Assembly (NCBI GenBank): GCA_963815195.1
Contig: CAWFGE010000022.1
Coordinates: 32,001-96,000, forward strand
DNA length: 64,000 bases
From: an uncultured Planctomycetaceae bacterium
Lineage (GTDB): Bacteria; Planctomycetota; Planctomycetia; Planctomycetales; Planctomycetaceae
Direction: 5' to 3'
Shown here piece after piece: positions 39,563 to 50,266 of this stretch (position 1 is its first letter; every line of letters starts with the position of its first letter). Both the position numbers and the translations under genes were made by a program. The notes under the pieces are model-generated. The model saw nothing but the letters and a program-made list of their open reading frames with translations, had not been told where the DNA came from and ran no database searches.

Positions 39563-41489
39563 ATGAAATTCCGCCAAAGCGCTTCTCCGTTTCTCGTTTC
39601 CACGGTCGTCCACAGCGCGATTTTGCTGGGACTGTGGTTTATTGTGCAGACCACGCCGATTCACGAGACGCCTTTCGATCTCGAAACGGTGATGATGGAT
39701 GAAGAGCGGCCGGTGGACGAGGTGGTTCAGGAATTGGACCAGCAAATGGAAGCCGCGACGAGCGTGAACTTCGTCGCGGGGAGCGTTTCGACGTCGGTGG
39801 GGGGATCGAATGCTCCGCTCGCGAACATCAAAAAAATCGAAGTCCAAGAGAAAATCGAGAACCCGAAGGTCAAAGTGCAAATCGCGGCGCAGGCGCTGCC
39901 GGGGGCGGATTTGCTCAACCAGGAACTCGGCGAAGCCGAGGTCACCGGGGAAGTGGGCGACGTGGTGGAGGGCTACGGGGCGGCTCTCGACCGGCTGACG
40001 CAGGAACTGATCCGGCTGTTGCGGAACGACAAACTGCTCGTCGTGTGGATGTTCGACGAGTCGGAAAGCATGAAGGACGACCAGCAAGAAATCCGCGGCC
40101 GATTGAAGCGGGTTTATGAAGAGCTGAAGCTGGTGGAAACCGACGAAGCGGCCGGCGGCGACGGAAAGGAAAAAGCTGAAGGACGTGCTGCTCACGGCGA
40201 TCACCAGTTTCGGCGCGGGACCGCACCAACAGACGCCCCGCCCGACGAGCAACCCCGACGACCTGATGGCCGCGATCGACAAGATTCCGGTCGATAAATC
40301 CGGCACCGAGAACACGTGCTCGGCGATTGTGCAAGTGGTGAAGGAATATCACCAGATGGCCGCGCGGAACAAACGCAAACTCGTGCTGGTGATTGTCAGC
40401 GACGAATCGGGCGACGATGGGCAGTTCGTTGAAGACGCCCTGCAGGAAGCGCGAAATGCGAAGGCTCCGATTTACATCCTGGGCCGGGAATCGGTGTTCG
40501 GTTCGCTGTATGCGCACGTCCGCTGGCGGCAGCCGCAGACCGGGCGGCTGTTTTATCTGCCGATCCGCCGCGGCCCCGAAACCCCGTTTGCCGAGCAACT
40601 CCAATACAACGGTTTTCGCCGGCGGCGCGACTCCCACATGAGCGGGTTTGGCCCTTACGAGCAAGTTCGCTTGTGCCGGAACACCGGCGGGATTTTCTTC
40701 CAACTGCCGGGCGAGCAAGAGAACCTGAACGACCTGGACGACCGCGAAAACCAGATGCTCAATCTGCGGGAGTATCTTCCCGATTTGAGTTCCCGGCGGA
40801 TCTATCAGGATCACCGCGACAACAGCGTATTCCGCAAGGCGATTTGGGACGTGATCGCGATGCTCAATCCGTACAACCCCCGCGCCCAAGGCCTGGAACT
40901 TCCCGACCCGGAGGAGACCGGCGAGCGGTTTAACACCCTCCCCCAAAGCTACGGCCCCAAAGTGCAAGAGCGGCTGCAGCAGATCAAGGCGATCTTGGGC
41001 GTGATGCAGCAAGCCCGCCGGCATCTGGCGAACGTCCGCGAGCTTCGCGATTCCGAACCGTCGAGGCGTTGGCGGGCCAACTACGATCTGATCTCCGCCC
41101 AGTTGTTGTGGTATCAGGTGCGGCTGTTCGAGTATGCGATCGGCTTGGAGCAGTTCGCCCGCAAAGGCGTGCCGGCCGTCCTCCAAAAGAATCCGAAGCA
41201 CAACCGCTGGTACATTCGCGAAGACCCGTCGGACTTCGTGATGCCCGATGACGTTCAGCAAAGATTCCTGGGCGTGACGCCGGAGGAACTCCAGGCGGTT
41301 TACGATCAAGCCGTCGCGGGTCTCCAGGCGGTGCAGCGGGAGCACGCGGGATCTCCGTGGGCCCGCCGGGCGGAGTGGGAGCTCAAACGCAAATCGGGCG
41401 TGCAGTTTAAGACATATTTCCAGCCGCCGCCCCCGCCGAGCAAACCCTCCAAACCCACACCAAAACCCCCGCCCCCGCCGAAACTGTAG
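39563..41489 (+). CDS. Membrane-anchored vWA-domain protein (frameshift near 40172)
   Basis: N-terminal TM helix, MIDAS-like FDESESM, GTENT, IVSDESGDD and a Pro-rich tail. Confidence 0.8.
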
Positions 41490-41654
41490 TTAGCCACATT
41501 CGGCACAAAACAACGAGCGGTTTGGGTGGCACGCCCCTGAGCGCAGCGAAGGGCGTGGTTTGGCGATCACCACGCCCCAAAATCATCTGCCCATTCCGTC
41601 ATATGGAAAACGGTCCGCTTGTGCGGTTGCCGCCGGAAAACGTATTCTTACGCC

Positions 41655-42711
41655 ATGATGACGAACAATCCACGAATTCCCCTGCGGGCGTTGTCCGTTT
41701 TGGGCGTATTGCTCTTCGGCCAGACTTTCGCTTCAGCCCGTGCGGGCGAACTGGTTTCACTCGCCGGAAAAACGATGGGCACGACCTACTCGGTCAAGGT
41801 CTCTTCGCTGCCGGCGGAGTTGACGGCGGAATCCCTGCAAGCGGAGATCGACCGCAATCTGGCCGAGGTCAACCGGCAGATGTCCACCTGGCAAAAGGAC
41901 TCGGAGTCTGTCGCAGTTCAACCGCTACGAGAAAACCGATTGGTTCCCCGTCTCGCCGGAGTTCGCCCGCGTTGTCAAAACCGCGCTGGATGTCAGCCGG
42001 CAAACGGGCGGGGCGTTTGATGTGACCGTGGGGCCGCTGGTCAATCTGTGGAGCTTCGGCCCGGAGAAACAGGAACACAAGCTGCCCGCCGAGGCCGCCA
42101 TCGCAAAAACGAAATCTCGCGTCGGCTATCGGCTTTTGCGCGTCCGCGAGGATCCACCCGCTTTGAAAAAATCCCGCCCGGACGTGTACGTCGATCTGTC
42201 GGCCATTGCCAAGGGGTTCGGCGTCGACCAGGTCGCGGAGCTGTTGGAGCAACATTTTATTGCTGATTACATGGTCGAGATCGGCGGCGAAGTCCGCACG
42301 AAGGGCAAGAAGCCGGACGGAACGGTGTGGCGGATCGGCATCGAAACCCCGACGCCGTTCTCGCGCGGCGTGCAGCGTGCGATCGAACTGTCGGGCAAAT
42401 CTCTGGCGAGTTCGGGCGATTACCGCAATTTTGTGGTGATCGGCGGAAAGCAATACAGCCACACGATCGACCCCCGCGAAGGCCGGCCGGTCGATCATCG
42501 GCTCACCGCGGCTTCGGTCGTTGCGGAGAACTGCATGCTGGCCGACGCCTATGCGACCTCGCTCATGGTCTTGGGGCCGGACGAGGGATATAATTGGGCG
42601 GCAAAACACAACGTCGCGGCGCTGTTGATCGTCCGCGACGGCGCGGGTTCGTGGAAAAACCCACGCCCGCCTTTGAAGCTCTTTTCCCTACCAAGACGGA
42701 ATCCAACATGA
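41655..42711 (+). CDS. apbE: FAD:protein FMN transferase ApbE (frameshift near 41907, possibly also near 42650)
   Basis: GKTMGTTY, DSELSQFN, FDVTVGPLVNLW, DLSAIAKG, EIGGE, SSGDYRN, HTIDP and ADAYAT. Confidence 0.93.
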
Positions 42712-42977
42712 CGACCACCTGGCTCCTCGCAGCCGGCGTCTTTTTGCTCGCGGTGCTGTTCATGTCCGTGGGCGTGATTCTGAGCAACCGCCGCATCACC
42801 GGATCGTGCGGAGGCCTCGCAGGCCTGCAGGACGAAACCGGCCGCACCCTCTGCGACGCCTGCACCAACCCCGCCCCGGAATGCCAAGGCAAAGAAGACG
42901 CCCAATCCTGCGCCGCGGACGCCGGCGACGATGAACACGAAGACGCCTCCGCCCGCGAAGCTTCGCATTCTTCCTGA
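42708..42977 (+). CDS. nqrM: Na+-NQR maturation factor NqrM
   Basis: TM helix followed by MSVGVIL..ITGSCGGL..CDAC..C, located directly after apbE. Confidence 0.8.
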   Translation: MTTTWLLAAGVFLLAVLFMSVGVILSNRRITGSCGGLAGLQDETGRTLCDACTNPAPECQGKEDAQSCAADAGDDEHEDASAREASHSS

Positions 42978-43194
42978 GTGAAATTGCGGTGGCGTGTGCC
43001 ATCTGGCTTTGCATGATTTTGTGAACCATGATTCTGTGATACACGGGGCGACGGGTTCATTTTCCGCTTTGTGGCTCACCCGCGACACGCTGCGTTCTGG
43101 CGGAACTTTCGTGTAAAGTACTGACGAGCTTTGCATCAACGTGCGCCCTGCACATGCTTTGTCGTTTCATAGCCCTAACCAGTCTGAGGAGAAT

Positions 43195-44398
43195 ATGCCC
43201 GAACATCGTGCGGATGTGGCCATCGTCGGCGGCGGAATCGTCGGCCTGGCGACCGCCTGGCAGCTCACGCGGCGATACCCCGGCAAGCGGGTCATCGTCC
43301 TCGAAAAAGAAGCCGAGGTCGCCCACCACCAGACCGGGCACAATTCGGGCGTGCTGCATTCGGGCATCTATTATAAGCCCGGTTCGCTGCGGGCGATCAA
43401 CTGCCGCGAGGGCAAGCTCGCCATGCAGGAGTTCTGCGAACAAGAAGGCCTGCCTTACGATGTCTGCGGCAAGGTGATCGTCGCGGTCGAAGAAGCCGAG
43501 CTCCCGGCCCTCGAGCGGATTTACGAGCGCGGCCAGGCCAACGGCGTCAAATGCGAGATGATCGACGCCGGCCGGTTGAAGGAATTGGAGCCGCACGCGG
43601 CGGGCGTCCGCGCGATCCACGTCCCGGAAGCGGGCATCGTCGATTACAAAGAAGTCTGCCGCCGACTCGCGGAGAAGCTCAAAGAAGCGGGCGGCGAGAT
43701 TCTGCTCCACTCCAAAGTCCGCGGCATGCCGCAGCACAACGGCCGCGTGGTTTTAGAAACCACGCAAGGAGACTGCGAAGCGGATTACGTCGTCAACTGC
43801 ACCGGCCTCTACAGCGACCGCGTGACCAAACTTAGCGGCCAAAAGGTGAACGCCAAGATCGTGCCCTTCCGCGGCGAATATTACGAGCTTCTGCCGGAAG
43901 CCGAGCACCTCTGCCGGAATCTGATTTATCCCGTCCCCGATCCGAGCTTCCCGTTTTTGGGCGTGCACTTCACGCGGATGATCCACGGCGGCGTGGAATG
44001 CGGCCCGAACGCAGTGCTCGCGTTCGCCCGCGAAGGCTACAAAAAAACCGACATCAACCTGCGGGACCTGTTCGAGTCGCTGACCTATCCCGGCTTTCTC
44101 CGGCTGGCGAAGAAGCATTGGCGGATGGGCCTCTACGAGCAATGGCGGTCGTTCAGCAAGGGGGCGTTCGTCAAAGCCCTCCAGCGGCTGATCCCGGAAA
44201 TCCGCGGCGAGCATCTAAAGCCAGCCCCCGCCGGCGTCCGCGCCCAGAGCGCTCAACCGCGAAGGCTCGCTCGTCGATGATTTTTTGATCGTCGAATCCG
44301 ACCGGATCATCAACGTCTGCAATGCCCCCTCGCCGGCGGCCACGGCGTCCCTCAACATCGGCCGCCTGATCGTGGAAAAACTCGCCCCGCGGTTTTGA
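43195..44398 (+). CDS. lhgO: L-2-hydroxyglutarate oxidase (frameshift near 44248)
   Basis: [40 protein letters not shown] and GVRAQ, then [12 protein letters not shown] in the shifted frame. Confidence 0.95.
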
Positions 44399-44410
44399 TC
44401 CGCGCCACCG

Positions 44411-44782
44411 TCATCGCTTCTGGTCGTGATGCATCAGCTCGTCGTTGGACAGCTTCGACATTTCCTTCGGGTCAGGCACCGTCAGCTTCCCATCCTTCAC
44501 TGTCATGAAAAACTGCATCGTGCCGTCCGCGGGAAATGCCGCCGGGTTGTTCCACTCGGACCGTGCGACCCGGTACTGCTTGTCGTCCGCGGTTGTGAAG
44601 TAGTGAAAGTCGGCATCGCTTCCCACGTAGTTGAAGAAGAGGAGGTGATCCGTCTCCTTGCCGAGTTCGGCGATACTGACGGTCTTCATGGCCGATCCGG
44701 TCTCCTGCCGCTCACATCCGCCCAGAATCGCGGGGACCACGAGCGACAAACCGGCGAGCAGGGTGATGAGTCGAGGTGGCAT
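44411..44782 (-). CDS. Hypothetical lipoprotein
   Basis: Lipobox ILGGC; GAGG RBS. Confidence 0.6.
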   Translation of the reverse strand: MPPRLITLLAGLSLVVPAILGGCERQETGSAMKTVSIAELGKETDHLLFFNYVGSDADFHYFTTADDKQYRVARSEWNNPAAFPADGTMQFFMTVKDGKLTVPDPKEMSKLSNDELMHHDQKR

Positions 44783-44884
44783 AACGTGTTCCTCTCGGCA
44801 ACCTTTTTTGAGGATACCTCGTGCCGGCTTGTTGGTCAATTTCGATGGCGGCTGAGACCGCCGCTGTGTGAAAGCGTTTCTGCG

Positions 44885-46840
44885 TCAAGGATTCGACACT
44901 TCAAACCCCAGAGCTTCGAGCCGTTGCCCAATCGCCGGGTCTTTCAGCAAGGCTTGGAATTCTTGAACCGCGGGGCGGTGCTGGCGGGATTTGGGGACGA
45001 CGAAATCGTAATGCTCCGCCTTGAAGGGCAAATAGGCGAGGCCGTAGTTCTTCGCCACGGTTTCGATGGCGACGCCCCAGTCGGCTCGGCCCTGCACTAT
45101 CGCCGCCGCGACGGCGTTGTGCGATTTGGGCTGGAGGGCATACCCCGGAGGTCGGCGGTCGCCCAGGTGCGAGTCGATCAACATCCGCGTGCCGCTGCCC
45201 GCGTTGCGGTTGACCATGTTGCAGTTCTCCGCCTGCGTGGCGATCTCTAAAAACTTTTCGATCGATGTCGCGCCGGCAAACCGCGCATCATCCGGGCGAT
45301 ACACCAAGCACTGCATCCGCCGGTAGCCGGGGATCAGGTCCAGGCCCTCGGTGAGAAACGGCGTGTTGTATTCGCCGGTGTTTGGATCGAAGAGATGCAC
45401 GCCCGCGAGGTCGCATTCGCCGCGCTTGGCGGCGGTCAGTCCGCCCGTGCTACCCACGAACAGCGATTTGGCCCGATAGCCGCGTTCGTTTATCACGCCG
45501 AGCAGCAAATCCAAACCGATGCAATGGCTGCCGATGACGACGAGGTCGGCAATCTCCAGCGACCGCCCCAGAAGCTGCACTTCGACTTTGGTGCCGGCTT
45601 CGAGGATTTCCGTTTGCTGGCCGATGGTCAGAAAGCCGTCGGCACAACTGAAGGTCGTCACCGAGCCGCTGCCTTTGCCCATCGGATAGGCCGCGAGTCC
45701 GCCTTCGCCGTGGACGAGGCTGACGAGCATGTATTCGGTGCGTCCGCGATCGGAATTGATGCGAAGCGGCAATGTCGCCCGACGGGTTTCGCGCTCGGCC
45801 TCGGCCCGTCCCGCCAATCGGCGAATCACCGGAGCGACAAATTCGTGAAACGTAAAGATCGCAGACGTGGGAAATCCGGGCAGAATCACGACGGCCTTCC
45901 CGGCGGTGACGGCAAGGCAAATCGGCTTGCCGGGTTTTAACGCGACACCGTGCGCGACGATGCCGGGGTCCGTCACCTGCCGGCTGACCACGCGGTACGA
46001 GAGATCCCCGGCCCCTTTCGACGTTCCGCCGGAAAGGATCACGGCATCGTACTTCAAGGCTTCGTCCAGGATTCGCGAGAGGGCGGCTTCATCGTCGTTG
46101 ACGACGCCCAGCGGCACCGGTTCCCCGCCTTGCTCGGTGACGGCGGCGGAGAGGATCGCCAGGTTCGAATCATAAACCGCCCCCGCGGGCAAGGGTTCGC
46201 CGGGCGGGACGATTTCGTTTCCCGTCGAGATAATCGCGATCCGCGGCCGGCGAAAGACCTCGGCTTCCGCCAAACCCACCGCTGCCAAGACGCCCACTTC
46301 GCGGGACGAGAGATGCTGTCCCCGCCTGAGCACCGTTTCGCCGCGGGCCATGTCGGTCCCGGCGAAGGTCAGGTTTTGGCCGGCGGTCACCGCGCGGGTG
46401 ATTTCCAGCCGGGGGCCTTCGTGGGTCTCCACCACGTCGGTGTCTTCCACCATGACGACGGCGTCCGCTCCGCGGGGCAGCATGCCGCCGGTGGCGATCG
46501 TGGTGGCCGTTCCGGGATCGACCATCATCTGCGGAGCCACGCCGGGCGAGAGCACTTCGGAATTGAACCGCACCCGCCGGGGGTTTTCCTCCGTTGCTCC
46601 AAAGGTGTCGCTGGCCCGCACCGCGAAGCCGTCCACGTTGGACCGATCGAACGCCGGCACATCGACGGGCGAAGCCACGTCCAGAGCCAACACGCGATCC
46701 AAGAGTTGAGCCAACGGCAAACGCTCGGTCCCCAAGGGCTCGAGCTTAAGCGCGCTATGAAACCGAGCGGCCGCCTCATCGCGGGAGATGACGTTCAAGA
46801 ACTGCTGCTGCCGGGCGGCATCGGGAATGGGGGTTGTCAT
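44885..46840 (-). CDS. moeA: Molybdopterin molybdotransferase MoeA fused to a PBP/LysR-type substrate-binding domain
   Basis: FDRSNVDGFAV, TGGMLPRGADAVVMVE, STGNE, KPGKP and PGFP; C-terminal GSHC, GSTGG, NRNAGSGTR and EHYDF. Confidence 0.92.
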   Translation of the reverse strand: MTTPIPDAARQQQFLNVISRDEAAARFHSALKLEPLGTERLPLAQLLDRVLALDVASPVDVPAFDRSNVDGFAVRASDTFGATEENPRRVRFNSEVLSPGVAPQMMVDPGTATTIATGGMLPRGADAVVMVEDTDVVETHEGPRLEITRAVTAGQNLTFAGTDMARGETVLRRGQHLSSREVGVLAAVGLAEAEVFRRPRIAIISTGNEIVPPGEPLPAGAVYDSNLAILSAAVTEQGGEPVPLGVVNDDEAALSRILDEALKYDAVILSGGTSKGAGDLSYRVVSRQVTDPGIVAHGVALKPGKPICLAVTAGKAVVILPGFPTSAIFTFHEFVAPVIRRLAGRAEAERETRRATLPLRINSDRGRTEYMLVSLVHGEGGLAAYPMGKGSGSVTTFSCADGFLTIGQQTEILEAGTKVEVQLLGRSLEIADLVVIGSHCIGLDLLLGVINERGYRAKSLFVGSTGGLTAAKRGECDLAGVHLFDPNTGEYNTPFLTEGLDLIPGYRRMQCLVYRPDDARFAGATSIEKFLEIATQAENCNMVNRNAGSGTRMLIDSHLGDRRPPGYALQPKSHNAVAAAIVQGRADWGVAIETVAKNYGLAYLPFKAEHYDFVVPKSRQHRPAVQEFQALLKDPAIGQRLEALGFEVSNP

Positions 46841-46850
46841 GACAATCACT

Positions 46851-48098
46851 TCAGTCGTAAAGATACACCGCCACCGTATCGCCGGGGGCGTAGCCTTCGC
46901 TGTCTTCGGGAATCAGCACGAAGCCGTTGGCCCGCGTCGTGGAAGATAAAATCGAGGCTCCGCTGAGAGCGATCGGCTCGATGGTTTGATCGTTTTCGCC
47001 CACGACGACCCGGCAGTAATCCAGCCGGCCCACCGCGGACACGATCTTGCGGGAGAGCGTGGCCTGTTTCGTGCGATGCGGCCAATCGGAACTGCGGCCG
47101 CCTTGCTTGCGAATCGCCCGTCCCGCGAAAAAATCATAAGCGCACAAACATGACACGGGATTGCCGGGCAGCAGAAACACGAGCGTGGAACCGATCCGCC
47201 CCATGCCGGCGGGGCTGGACGGCCGCATGGCGAGGCCGTGGAGATCGAGCGAGCCTTCCTCGGCGAGAATCAGCGGAGCATGATCCTCCGCCCCCACGCT
47301 CGACCCGCCCGACACCAAGATCACATCCGCCCCCGGATCGGTCATTGCTTCGCGAATGGCGTCTTTCTGATCGGGAAGATTGCGTTGCGATTCCAACACG
47401 CCGCCGTCGCGGTCGATCAGGCCCCTGAGCATGCTCGAATTGGCTTCGTAGATCTGAAACGTTCCGCGAGGCTCGCCGGGCGGGACGAGTTCGTTGCCGG
47501 TCACGAGAATCCGCACCTGGGACCGGCGAAACACCGGCACCTGGGCAAGTCCCAGAGACGCGAGCAATCCCACATCCTGCGGACGCAATCGCCGACCCGC
47601 CGAGAACACGCCGCGGCCCGCGGCGATGTCTTCTCCGACGCGGCCCACGTGTTTCCCCGGCGACACCGCCGCCGTCAGTTCCACTTGCCGGTCCGTCTCG
47701 GCGGCATACTCGGCCGGGACGACGGCGTCGGCTCCCGCGGGCATGGGAGCCCCGGTCATAATTCGCACCGCGGTTCCCGAAGTCACGGCCCCATCGAACG
47801 CCGAGCCGGGCAGCGACTGGCCGACGACTTGAAACGTCAAGGGATTATAGTCGCTGGCCCCATCGGTTTCCGCCGCCCTGACCGCAAAGCCGTCCATCGC
47901 GGAGCGGTCGAACGCCGGCACATTGAGCGGCGCGAGCACATCCTCCGCCAACACGCGTCCGCAGGCTTGGGTGAATGAAACGGTTTCCGACTCCAGCACG
48001 CGGGCGGTTTGCTCGATCCAATTCCAAGCCGCCGCCACGCGCTGCCGTTCCGCAAACCCCCGCATCCGGACATCGCGAGTTGATTTCCCTGCCGTCAT
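46851..48098 (-). CDS. moeA: Molybdopterin molybdotransferase MoeA (gephyrin-like)
   Basis: FDRSAMDGFAV, IMTGAPMPAGADAV, TGNEL, SGGSSVG and LPGNPVS. Own ATG at 48098. Confidence 0.92.
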   Translation of the reverse strand: MTAGKSTRDVRMRGFAERQRVAAAWNWIEQTARVLESETVSFTQACGRVLAEDVLAPLNVPAFDRSAMDGFAVRAAETDGASDYNPLTFQVVGQSLPGSAFDGAVTSGTAVRIMTGAPMPAGADAVVPAEYAAETDRQVELTAAVSPGKHVGRVGEDIAAGRGVFSAGRRLRPQDVGLLASLGLAQVPVFRRSQVRILVTGNELVPPGEPRGTFQIYEANSSMLRGLIDRDGGVLESQRNLPDQKDAIREAMTDPGADVILVSGGSSVGAEDHAPLILAEEGSLDLHGLAMRPSSPAGMGRIGSTLVFLLPGNPVSCLCAYDFFAGRAIRKQGGRSSDWPHRTKQATLSRKIVSAVGRLDYCRVVVGENDQTIEPIALSGASILSSTTRANGFVLIPEDSEGYAPGDTVAVYLYD

Positions 48099-48112
48099 CG
48101 TTCCTACCGTTT

Positions 48113-48740
48113 TTAACTTTCGTCTGTCGGAAAGCCCGCGTCTTTGAGGGCCTGTTCGTAGTCTTCGGGACGATTCGTGTTCCGCAGCGAAGCCAACGGC
48201 GGAATCCGCCGAACGCAAGTCCTCCACATCGACGATCTTCGCCCGGCAGTTTTCGATCAAGAAAAACGGCCGCAGCCGGTCTTCCGCGAGCAGCCGGCGA
48301 ATGGCGGGTTCGAGCGAAGTCCGATACGCCGCCGCCAACGGGTGATAATAGGCCGCCTCCTTGGGAATTGCCAGATCGTGATCGCCCAGTTGATCGAGCA
48401 CCGCTTCGACAAACGCCGGCTCTAAAAACGGCGCATCGCAGGACGACACGAACGCGGCTTCGCGGTGGGCCCTCATCAATGATAACCCCACCGCCAATCC
48501 CGCCAGCGGGCCTTTGCCCTCCACATCATCCCGCCCGATGAGCACATCCGCAGGCAGCGGCGGCAGTTCCTGTCCCGGAGCCGCCACGACGACAAGCGGC
48601 GACACGACTTCCCGCATCCGCCGGACCACGCGCTGGAGCAGCGTTTCGGGGCCGAAGGGCAGGAGATGTTTCGGGCGGCCCATTCGCGAACTCTTTCCGC
48701 CGCACAATATCATCCCGCCGAAGGAAAGGGCCTCTCTCAT
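48113..48740 (-). CDS. mobA: Molybdenum cofactor guanylyltransferase MobA (frameshift near 48205)
   Basis: LCGGKSSRMG, GPLAG, CDAP and HPLAAAY. The canonical C-terminal NTNRPEDY lies in the shifted frame, ending at TAA 48113. Confidence 0.9.
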
Positions 48741-48840
48741 CAAAACGATCTCCCGTCTTTACGCCGTCAAACAACAAGGCTCGGCCATCTCCCGCGAGAA
48801 ACCGAGCCTGTGTTGATTGTAGCAAACGCGAGCCGCGAAA

Positions 48841-49254
48841 CTATCCCCGTTTGACGGCGACTTTTCGCATCGCGGAGTCTCGGCTCTTGGGCAGCGTCAG
48901 TTTGAGGACGCCCTGCGTGACGACCGCTTCGATGGCGTCGCGGTCGATCTCGTCGGAAATGATGAAGGACCGTTCGTAGTCGCCGACCTGGTATTCCCGC
49001 GAGAAGGGTTTCACGCCTTCAAACGCGGGCGGTTCGACCTTGGCTTTGATCGTCAGGGTGTTTTTTTCGAGGGTGACATCGACCGACGATTCATCCGCGC
49101 CGGGCAGGTCCGCCCACAGCGTGATGACGTCTCCCGAATCGACCAGATCGACGTGCGGGCGAAAGACGAGCCGGCTTCCATTGCCGTTGTGGTTTTTGAC
49201 TTCCTGCGGTTCGGGGGTGACTGCTTCGGTGGTGCAACGGGTTTGATCGGACAT
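48841..49254 (-). CDS. Hsp20/alpha-crystallin family protein
   Basis: PHVDL..ADLPG..YERSF..GVLKLTLPK. Confidence 0.93.
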   Translation of the reverse strand: MSDQTRCTTEAVTPEPQEVKNHNGNGSRLVFRPHVDLVDSGDVITLWADLPGADESSVDVTLEKNTLTIKAKVEPPAFEGVKPFSREYQVGDYERSFIISDEIDRDAIEAVVTQGVLKLTLPKSRDSAMRKVAVKRG

Positions 49255-49321
49255 GGGAAAAACCTCCTCTCGGGAAGGAATGATCGAATGGGGTCAAATT
49301 ATGGGGGTCGCCGACTCTTGA

Positions 49322-49756
49322 CTACTGGGCTTTGACGACGACCTTTTTGGGCCAGTGTTCGCTGGGGCGGGCGAGGCGGAGCGTCAACACGCCTTTTTCA
49401 TAATTGGCCTCGGCGGAATCGGGATCGATCTCGACGGGCAGTTCCAACGTCCGGGAAAACTCGCCGCCTTGCCGTTCCCGGCGATAATACGATTCGCCTT
49501 CCTGCGGCTGGCCGACCTCGCGGGTGCCGCTGATGACGATCGTGTTGCGGTTCAGCGTGATGTCGAGCTTTTCGGGATCGATGCCGGGAATCTCGGCCGT
49601 CAGCACGAGCGTCGACTCATCGCCCCACAGATTCACGGCGGGAAACACCCGCGCGGGCGACACATTCCCCGCCCGCCGGCCAAACAAGCGGTTCATTTCC
49701 TGCTGAATCTGATCCAACTCCTGCCAGGGATTCCAAGGGTTCAACAACGTTCTCAT
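49322..49756 (-). CDS. Hsp20/alpha-crystallin family protein
   Basis: FPAVNLW..AEIPG..RRERQGGEFSR..YEKGVLTL; GGAG RBS. Confidence 0.93.
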   Translation of the reverse strand: MRTLLNPWNPWQELDQIQQEMNRLFGRRAGNVSPARVFPAVNLWGDESTLVLTAEIPGIDPEKLDITLNRNTIVISGTREVGQPQEGESYYRRERQGGEFSRTLELPVEIDPDSAEANYEKGVLTLRLARPSEHWPKKVVVKAQ

Positions 49757-49920
49757 GGCAAACTCCTCCAAAATGAAACAATGGATGTTTATTGGTTTCG
49801 GGTTCGGAATCGATCTCGGCGCGCACCTTCTTCGCAGCAGACAAACGGGGTTTTCTTCTCCTGCCCCTCCGGGCGGGAAGGTCGACTCAAGAACGGCCGA
49901 GAAACGTTTGCCAAGGGAAA

Positions 49921-49936
49921 AGCAATCTGTGTGCCA
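49921..49936 (-). promoter_or_regulatory. Sigma54 (-24/-12) promoter of the hsp20 pair
   Basis: Minus strand TGGCACA-CAGA-TTGCT. An IHF-like CATCAAATACTTA lies at 49977-49989 on the minus strand. Confidence 0.85.
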
Positions 49937-50068
49937 AATACGATTTCTCAAGCAAGTCATCGTTGATCTTCTGCATTAAGTATTTGATGCGAAACAACTT
50001 GAGATGCAAGACCATTTCTGGAAGCGGCCAAGGAATCCGCCGGGAATCTCGTGATCCTCCCAAAAACC

Positions 50069-50133
50069 TGTCAAAATGGCGTGGTGTTACATTGTGTCAA
50101 AATGGCAGCATATTCGGCCCTGCCAAAATGACA
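50069..50133. promoter_or_regulatory. Three putative enhancer boxes TGYCAAAATGRCR at 26-bp spacing
   Basis: TGTCAAAATGGCG (50069), TGTCAAAATGGCA (50095) and TGCCAAAATGACA (50121). Confidence 0.75.
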
Positions 50134-50266
50134 TTGCCGTTTCTCGAAGGTTTTTGCGTTCGCTGCACATGAAAACCTGGGGGTTTGACCGATGAGTGGG
50201 AGTATGCTCTTGCGCGGAACGTGCGCTTGAGACCCGGATGAGGCCTGCGAGGGAGAACCTGAAACG

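Noticed and set aside
43012..43039. CATGATT(T/C)TGTGA direct repeat upstream of lhgO as an operator
   Set aside because: Only two short copies, about 160 bp from the start, not distinguishable from short intergenic repeats such as those at 6411-6440 and 32311-32350.
46851..48743. MobA-MoeA fusion protein (630-aa ORF)
   Set aside because: The conserved MobA end (NTNRPEDY) and its stop lie in another frame after a 1-nt indel near 48205, and MoeA has its own ATG at 48098.
48745..48840. Moco/Wco riboswitch upstream of mobA
   Set aside because: Only a simple hairpin follows hsp20, the gap is short, and I recognised no riboswitch consensus.
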